This document shows, piece by piece, positions 55,651 to 64,000 of a stretch of DNA of 64,000 bases. Under the pieces are notes generated by a model. That model ran no database searches. It saw only the letters and a list, made by a program, of their open reading frames with translations, and had not been told where the DNA came from. Every line of letters begins with the position of its first letter. The stretch's first letter is position 1. The DNA comes from the human T2T-CHM13v2.0 reference genome, Homo sapiens. The position numbers and the translations under genes were made by a program. The stretch lies in assembly GCF_009914755.1 (NCBI RefSeq), contig NC_060927.1. One strand, 5' to 3'.

Positions 55651-56566
55651 GAGGGGCTGACTGGAAAGAGGGGAACCCAGGCAAGAAACTCAGGACAGGA
55701 AAGATGGAGGAGGTCAAAGGCAACTGCAAGATATTGAGCTTGGATGATGGAAAAGGGAGGCTTCTTGGTCAAGAGTGAGGAAGATGGGGGAGAGGAAGTG
55801 GTTTGGGAAAAGATTCTGGATTTGGGTGGGGCATATTGAATTAGAGGTTAAAGGTGGAGGGGGTGGGGTGTGGAGAAAGGGAAAGACGGAGAAAGAAAAG
55901 AAGGGCTGCTCAGTGGCAGACTTTTAGTGAAATGGTGAATGCAGCCTTTGTCTCCCTTCTCTCTCCTTAGGACCCAAGGTGCACTGAGAGGGGCTCAGCT
56001 TCCCCCTCCCCTGATCCAGCACTCCCAGTCTTTGTCACAAATCATGGTCTCTTTCCCAAGCGCTTTCCTCTTAGGAGGAGTTCTTGCCTCGGTCCTTGGC
56101 ACACAGGCTCCTGGCAACTTCCTCCCTTGTTTGCTGACTCTGAATGCTTCTGTAGGCTGTGTGGCCCACTTGGAAGGAATATTCAGGGGCATGAGGTCCA
56201 GCAGCTGGTCAGGAAATGAAGATGCATGCCCAGGGAGCTGGTGCAAGGGAAGAGCAGGGAGCGGACCCTGTGTGATGAGGTGCCGGGAGTGGCCCCAGTT
56301 CTGCTGTTCCAGCTGCCCATCCCCAGGTAGGCACGTGGGCCCCCTCAGGATGTATCCCAGGGCGAGGCAGTGCTTTCCTTCACTCTGACTGGCTTTAGGA
56401 CTGGTCCTGTCCTCTGTCCCATCTCCTTGCCTCTTGCTCTCCCTTATTCTGCTAGGACGGTTCTGCCCATAACTGGTGCCTGGGTCTTGTTCAGACCTGA
56501 CCTGCAGTGTCACTTCCTCAGGGGGGCCCTCCTGACCCTCACTTCCAATATAAATAAGCACACAAG

Positions 56567-57089
56567 TGTAGGGGAGTAAAAATGGCTTTCTCTAGCCTTC
56601 TAGCTGCCTTGGCTGGTCAGGAATTAAACTGACAGCAGGGAGAATAACAGGAGAAAAGGTACAGACATTTATCACATGCATGGGGGCATCCCAGGAAAGA
56701 AAAGGAATTCCCCACACCCAGTAAGATTTAGAAGCTTGTATACCCTCTTCACAAGGGAGAGAGGGGTGGGGTGTCAGCACCGTAGCGGAGAGTAAATGAT
56801 TTCTGGGGAAGAGGAGTGGGCCCTCAGCAGGACAGGTGACGACAGCCTGTGACAAAGGCTATCTGGACGTAGTGTGGACCTTTAGACTCCTGTGAAACGA
56901 GCCAGTCCTTCCGGCTGATGAGATTCCTTGGGCGGAGATTCATGGCCACTGCGTTCGCTCTGGACAATCTGTCTTTAGACAGAAAAGGAAAACTCGGAAA
57001 GCCCCTCCCTGCAGTTGCTGTTCCCCAAGTGACCTCAGTTCAAAGTCTCAAAGTGGCATATTTTGGGGAGTTACTTCGGAACTCCTTCA
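56567..57089 (-). mobile_element. ERV1 solo LTR (MER67/MER31-like)
   Basis: TG...CA ends with a perfect 4-bp TSD CAAG; subfamily and strand from memory. Confidence 0.75.
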
Positions 57090-57189
57090 CAAGCAAATCA
57101 TTTAAAATTGAGACATTCTGTGAAAGAATCCATGAAAGTGATTCCAGGAGAACTTTCCTCAGCAGGTGGTCAGGGAAGGCCTCTCTGAG

Positions 57190-57705
57190 GAGGGGTGCTT
57201 TGAGGAGCTGCAGTAACAAACAAACACAGACCAGCAGCTTCATAACACAGCTGTGAAGCTAACCGCTCTGGAGGGCAGGAGCTTGATATGGGTCTCACTG
57301 GGTTGGAATCACGGTGCTGGCAGGCTTGCATTCCTTTCTGGAGACTCCAGAAGAAACATTTTTTGTCTTTTCTAGTGCCTAGAAGCCACCTGCATTTCTT
57401 GGCTCATGGCCCCTTCCTCCATCTTCAAAGCCAGCAATGTTGGGTCTCCATGACAATTCTTCCTTCCTTACATCTCCCTCTAACTCTTTTATGCTTTCAT
57501 CTTCCACTTTTAAGGACCCGGTGACAACACTGGGCCCACTTGGATAATCCAGGTTACTCTCCCTATCCTAAGGTCAGCTGATTGGCAACTCTAATTCCAT
57601 TTGAGACCTTAATTCCCCTTTGCTCAGTTATGTTATATATTCGCATGCTCTGGGGATCAGGATGCAGACCTAATCCCATTAGGGGGCCAAGAGTCTGCTA
57701 ATCAC
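57190..57705 (-). mobile_element. MLT1 MaLR LTR
   Basis: TTGGCTCATGGCCCCTTCCTCCATCTTCAAAGCCAGCAA, GGATAATCCAGG. Confidence 0.8.
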
Positions 57706-57844
57706 AGGTGCAATTTTGTTTCCTTTTCGTTATCGAACTTAACAGCCTGAAATGATATTTCCTGACTATTGTTTACTTGTCACCTGTCTCACTCTTCTGG
57801 AAAGCGAATCCCAAGAGGGCAGGGATCTTGCAGGTGCTGCTCAT

Positions 57845-58198
<354 letters not shown>

Positions 58199-59185
58199 TT
58201 ACTGAATCAATGGACAGGTGATTGAGCTTGAGCTCATTTCTGCATCAGAGTCAACACAGACAGTACTGGTCTGAGTGCCGGGAGCTGTGACCCCCACCGC
58301 ACCCTGTGAAGTTGTGTGACCTGGAGCCTTCCTTTCCCCTCTCTGAGTCTCAGGCATTCTCACCCCAGCCCTAGGAGGAAGGGAAGGCACAGGGCAGCCA
58401 CCCTGACGTCTTCAGATCTTGAAGGAGTTAATTGCTGTCATGAAGTCATCGCTTATTTCCTCCCAATAGCAAAAGCCCTGCTGAGGCAGCAGTAGCCTGA
58501 GCAGGTATCCGAGGATCACTCTCCCCAGCGTACACTCAGGGAGCAATCAGTGGGGTCTGGCATTGGTGCTGGTTCCTGGGCATGCCACCCCCTGCCCCAC
58601 CACCCCCTGCTCTACTCACCAGCCCATGGCAGGTGGAGAACATGGGCCCTGGGTGAGACAGGCCTGCTTGTATGTCCTAACTCTGTTTGTGACCAGTGGG
58701 GTCACCTTGATGAGTAATTTCCCCTTCCCAAGCCTTCATTTTCTCTTCTATTAAGTAGGATAATCCGTTTATTACAGGGTGGTCAAGAGAATAAAGTAAG
58801 AGAGTACATTGGAAGGGCCTGGCCCATAGTAGATGCTCAGTAAATGCTGCCTGTGATCATCATTACTTCTTACTGGTGTAATATCACCTGTGAATCAGAA
58901 TTTCCTGGTGAAAGAGACCAGAATGCCTTCTCTTCTGTCTCAGAGGGCAACACTGACAGAGTGGGTATCAGTGTCAAGTCTAGATACACGGCTTGGCAGG
59001 AGGTCTTGAAAGTACAATAATTGGTAATTCATCCTTTCCCTGGGGTGTTGGTGCCAAAGGCAGCCGTGGTGGCAGGGAGGAGGTGGGAAGCACCAACAGC
59101 CCTTTCATTGCCAATGAACTTGGACTCTGCCTCTGCTGCCAGCCAAGCTGTATATATACTTAGGGAAGTTATTGTAACACAAAAG

Positions 59186-59605
59186 TGTTGCAGGGAACTG
59201 ACAACTCTCTGGCCCAGTGGTGCGGGGGTAAAATAGTTTACCAAGACAGTTGTAGGTAAAGAAAGGCAGGTTTATTGGAGAAAGTAGAAAAATACATTGC
59301 AAGGAGGGCAGCCTGCATGACAGAAGCCGACTGCAAAGAAACAAAGGCCGGCTGGAGATTTTATAGGACGGTGCAGATGCTGTGTGCTGAAGAGGGCTGT
59401 GCGCAGCACCACGACGCCAAGCTTGCAGTGAGCTCACCTGCAGATGTCTGGTGACAGCTGGGCGCAGGAAGATGGTGACTTATTTGTGCAGGAGGGCTGT
59501 GTCCTGGACCATGAAGAAAGGAAGACTTGTAGCTCATCTGCTTTCTCCTTTTGCTTTCCCCTGGTCCCAACAGCCTGACTCCCTTTCCCTAATTAGGACT
59601 CCACA
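59186..59605 (-). mobile_element. LTR18-like ERVL solo LTR
   Basis: Minus strand begins TGTGGAGTCCTAATTAGGGAAAGGGAGTCAGGCTG and contains TATAAAA and AATAAA; TSD AAAAG/GAAAG. Confidence 0.75.
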
Positions 59606-60204
59606 GAAAGCTTATTTCTCTTATTTAGTTATAAAAATAATACAGTCCCATCATGAAAACTTTGGAAGAAAACAAAAGTGTAAAGGAAACAAATCAGGCA
59701 AGTACAGTCTCCCTTGGGGCTGGCTGTTAGTGCCTTGGGCTATTTCCTTTCCCCGGTTGTGTTGTGTGGCTCTTCCCAAACATCCAGCTCGGTATCCTCC
59801 TCTCTTCACTTGTTGTTACAGTTGGGGCATCTCCCTGGGTCGTTAAAAACTTGTAAATGTGATTTCTTAATGACTGCAGATGATCACATGTCGCAAAGCA
59901 CCATCTTCACCTCCCCTCCTCAACTCCTGGGCGCTTAGTTTCTGGGTGTGTGTGTATTAAAAATACACCACAATGAATCTTTACAGGCATATCTTGTGAC
60001 TTTGTGCACCTGTTTCCTTCTTTCTAAAAATGGCCCCTAAATCTATAAAAATTTTAAAATGGGACCAATAATTCCAGTCTTCCCACTCCACAAGGTTTTA
60101 TGAGGCTTAAAGGAGGAAACAGATATCAAGGTGCTTTGAAAACCATGGAGAAAAGAGCCACCCAAATGCAAGGCCAGATTTTGAGCACTACCTGTTTAAG
60201 ATAG

Positions 60205-60206
<2 letters not shown>

Positions 60207-60255
<49 letters not shown>
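60207..60255. repeat. (TG)n microsatellite, about 24 units
   Basis: Direct reading. Confidence 0.95.
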
Positions 60256-60257
<2 letters not shown>

Positions 60258-61534
60258 CCTCAACAGTTGGGAGATAGATGAGGGTGGAACTAGGAATAAC
60301 AGCCACCACAGCATTCAACATTTATAGAGCACCTGCTGGGCACTCTATTAAACAAGACACATTCATGATCTGAATTCGTTCTAACTACCACATCGAGGGG
60401 GAGTACTATTATTACCTAGAACCTACAAATGGGGAAACTGAGGCCCAGAGCAGTTAAGCAATTTGCTCGTGGAGACCCAGCTTTCAAGTGGGAAGTTGAG
60501 GAGGGACACACATACACCCTTTCCCTGACAGCTGCAGGCATCAGCGATGAGGGCCCCAGAGCACTGCAATAGTGGATTCCCTGGGGCTTCAGAGCACCCA
60601 AGACCCCCAGCATTTCCTGAAATGATGTACTGTTCTTTACTGAGCACAGTCTGGTGTTCCTGGCAGGCAGACAAACTAATCTGAAGATTATTTCCCCAGA
60701 GCTGGGGTATGAGAATGCTTCATTCAAAGGGAAAAGCCCAGAGGAGAAAAACCCACCCCCGGCACGTCTGAGACAAAATGGCAGAGCGGACTCACTGTAT
60801 GTGTATGTGAGTGTGTGTGCCTGAGGGTGTGTACCAAGTGTGGGTACCCTGAGACAGGTGTGTGTGCATGTGTATGCGTGTGAATGCACAGGAGTACACA
60901 GATGTGAGTGGCTGTATAGGCTGTATTTGACCTTCTGGGTGCCCAAAGACAGAAGAGTTGGCTCACCGATGGGATAAATGACCGTTGCATCGATTTTTCT
61001 AGTTCTAATCTTTGAGAAGAAACTAGACCAGGCAGTAATTTATTTACATTCCCTTCAGCATTTTTCACAGCAGCCACAAGCCTTGATAACAAAAGGAAGC
61101 CAGGTGCGCTCTGAAGCCAAGGGAGAAAGTCACAGAGCATGACTACGCCAAGTGCTTCAGCAAGAAACTACCAACAATTTAGTTTCCCTCACCTCGGTAA
61201 TTGACCACATCCAATGTGGCCACGTGTGCCTCATGGCCTGATTGGCTTTGTAATAAAGTCAGTGCCTTGGTGTAAGAGACGAAGTTGAGGATAGCATACT
61301 GAGTTACAAATTTCCCTTGCAACCATTAATAATTCATTCTTCCATTCATTTCTTTAATGCTACTGCCGTTCCTTTGAACAACAGCAATAACAAGCCATGA
61401 AATAGAAGCCTTTCCATCGGTGCTGAGGACTGGAGTGGGCGGTGGGCACAGGTGCTCCTGCACTCAGAGGCCTTGCTCACTGGTCACCAGCCACTCTGTC
61501 CACAGTCTGTCTCCAACTGTGGGTGGGCAGAGGT

Positions 61535-61988
61535 GTAGGGTGGCTGAGTCAGGTCCTAGTCTGATGGGTCTCACTGAGCTAAAACCAAGGTGTCACAGGG
61601 CTACATTCCTTTCTGGGGGCTCCTGGGAAAGCTCATTTCCTTGCTTTTTCTAGTATCTAGAGGCCACCCACTCTCCTTGGCTCATGGCTCCTTCCCCATC
61701 TTCGAAGCCAGTGAGGTTGCATCTTTATGGCCCTTCTTCCATTGTACCATCTCCCTGACGCTCATCCTTTTGCCTCCCTCCCTCTTTCACCTTATTTTTA
61801 TTTTTAGAGATGGGGTCTTGCTATGTTGCCCAGGTTGGTCTTGAACTCTTGAACTCAAGCAATCCTCCTGCCTCAGCCTCCTGAGTACCTAGGACTACTG
61901 GTGTGAACCTTATGCCTGGCTCTTCTTTCACTTTAAAGGAGCTTTGTGACTACATTGGGGCCCCCAATAATCCAGGACATTCTCCCAA
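61535..61988 (-). mobile_element. MLT1 LTR with a nested Alu monomer (FLAM-like, about 61790-61920)
   Basis: Similar to 57190-57705 (ATGGGTCTCACTG); single antisense Alu arm inside. Confidence 0.75.
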
Positions 61989-64000
61989 TTTTTTTTTTTA
62001 AATCATACTTTAAGTTCTGGGATACATGTGCAGAATGTGCAGATTTGTTACATAGGTATACATGTGCCATGGTGGTTTGCTGCACTCATCAACCCATCAT
62101 CTACATTAGGTATTTGTCCTAATGCTATCCCTCCCCTAGCCCCTCATCCCCCGACAGGGCCCGGTGTGTGTTGTTTCCCTCCCTGTGTCCGTGTGTTCTC
62201 ATTGTTCAACTCCCACTTATGAATGAGAACATGCGGTGTTTGGTTTTCTGTTCCTGTGTTAGTTTGCTGAGAATGATCGTTTCCAGCTTCATCCATGTCC
62301 CTGTAAAGGACATGAACTCATCTCTTTTTATGGCTGTGTAGTATATGTGCCACATTTTCTTTATCCAGTCTATCATTGATGGGCATTTGGGTTGGTTCCA
62401 AGTCTTTGCTATTGTGAATAGTGCTGCAATAAACATACGTGTGCATGTGTCTTTATAGTAGAATAATTTGTAATCCTTTGGGTTATACCCAGTGATGGGA
62501 TTGCTGGGTCAAATGGTATTTCTGGTTCTAGATCCTTGAGGAATTGCCACACTGTCCTCCACAATAGTTGAACTAATTTACACTCCTACCAACAGTGTAA
62601 AAGCATTCCTGTTTCTCCACATCCTCTCCAGCATCTATTGTTGCCTGACTTTTTAGTGATCGCCATTCTAACTGGCATGAGATGGTATCTCATTGTGGTT
62701 TTGATTTGCATTTCTCTAATGACCAGTGATGATGAGCTTTGTATTCTGTCTGTTGGACACATAAATGTCTTCTTTTGAGAAGTGTCTGTTTATATCCTTT
62801 GCCCACTTTTTGATGGGGTTATTTTTTTCTTGTAAATTTGTTTAAGTTCCTTGTTGATTCTGGATGTTAGCCCTTTGTCAGATGGATAGATTGTAAAAAT
62901 TTTCTCCCATTCTGTAGGTTGCCTGTTCACTCTGATGATAGTTTCTTTTGCTGTGCAGAAGCTCTTTAGTTTAATTAGATCCCATTTGTCAATTTTGCTA
63001 TTGTTGCAATTGCTTTTGGTGTTTTAGTCATGAAGTCTTTACCTATGCCTATGTCCTGAATGGTATCATCTAGGGTTTTTATGGTTTTAGGTCTTATGTT
63101 TAAGTCTTTAATCCATCTTGAGTTAATTTTTGTATAAGATGTAAGGAAGGGGTCCAGTTTCAGTTTTCTGCATATGGCTATCCAGTTTTCCCAACACCAT
63201 TTATTAAATAGGGAATCCTTTCCCCATTGCTTGTTTTTGTAAGGTTTGTCAAAGGTCAGATGGTTGTAGACGTGTGGCATTATTTCTGAGGCCTCTGTTC
63301 TGTTCCATTGGTCTATATATCTGTTTTGGTACCAGTACCATGCTGTTTTGGTTACTGTACCCTTGTAGCATAAATTGAAGTCAGGTAGCGTGATGCCTCT
63401 AGACTTTGTTCTTTTTGCTTAGGATTGTCTTGGCTATACAGGCTCTTTTTTGGTTCCATATGAAATTTAAAGTAGTTTTTTCTAATTCTGTGAAGAAAGT
63501 CAATGGTAGCTTGATGGGGATAGTATTGAATCTATAAATTACTTTGGACAGTATGGCCATTTGCATGATATTGATTCTTTCTATTCATGAGCATGGAATG
63601 TTTTTCCATTTGCTTGTGTCCTCTATTATTTTCTTGAGTAGTGGTTTGTAGTTCTCCTTGAAGAGGTCCTTCACCTCCTCAATTTCAGAACTTGCTATTG
63701 CTCTATTCAGGGATTTGACTTCTTCCTGGTTTAGTGTTGGGAGGGTGTATGTGTCCAGGAATTTATTCATTTCTTCTAGATTTTCTAGTTTATTTGCATA
63801 GAGGTGTTTATAGTATTCTCTGATGGTAGTTTGTATTTTTGTGGGATCAGTTGTGATACCCCCTTTATCATTTTTTATTGTGTCTATCTGATCCTTCTCT
63901 CTTTTCTTCTTTATTAGTCTGGCTAGCAGTCTATCTATTTTGTTAATCTTTAAAAAAAAAAACCAGCTCCAGGATTCATTGATTTTTTGAAGGTTTTTTT
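61989..64000 (-). mobile_element. L1PA LINE-1 3' portion (disrupted ORF2, 3' UTR, poly(A)); continues past the window
   Basis: ORF2 peptides [47 protein letters not shown]; T run at 61989. Confidence 0.97.

Noticed and set aside
56885-56930. Hammerhead-like order GAAAC...GTC...CTGATGAG
   Set aside because: Stems I-III cannot form (2 bp at most) and it lies inside an LTR. The CTGATGAG near 11382 lacks a matching GAAA and stem II.
62206-63280. L1 ORF2 fragments as an active gene
   Set aside because: Frameshifts, small deletions and loss of the RT core.

Overview
Human (primate) genomic DNA, not microbial: repeat-rich, intron-dominated, no CRISPR, rRNA or tRNA seen. The main feature is the complete FAM3D gene on the minus strand (about 22.3-55.2 kb), which I assembled by hand: a non-coding exon 1 plus 9 coding exons, all GT-AG. 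The CDS is 13+108+24+118+59+51+85+127+90 = 675 nt, giving a 224-aa secreted FAM3/ILEI-fold protein (MRVSGVLRLL...EGCMPPKPF). About 6.5 kb downstream, a CpG-richer island at about 15.2-16.0 kb carries two minus-strand splice donors and a strong-Kozak MGAAQGKK start. These are probably distal first exons of the neighbouring FAM107A (assigned from recalled gene order, not proven here). The rest is Alu, MIR, MaLR/ERV LTRs, hAT DNA transposons, microsatellites and a 3' L1PA fragment. Almost all ORFs in the supplied track are repeat-derived or chance. I found no convincing novel multi-gene system. The best leads are: a spliced alternative reading frame open from exon 1 to exon 5, two NAGNAG acceptors and a 24-nt microexon, overlapping bidirectional poly(A) signals, a possibly myristoylated N-terminus, old local duplications, and an in-frame RT-deleted L1.
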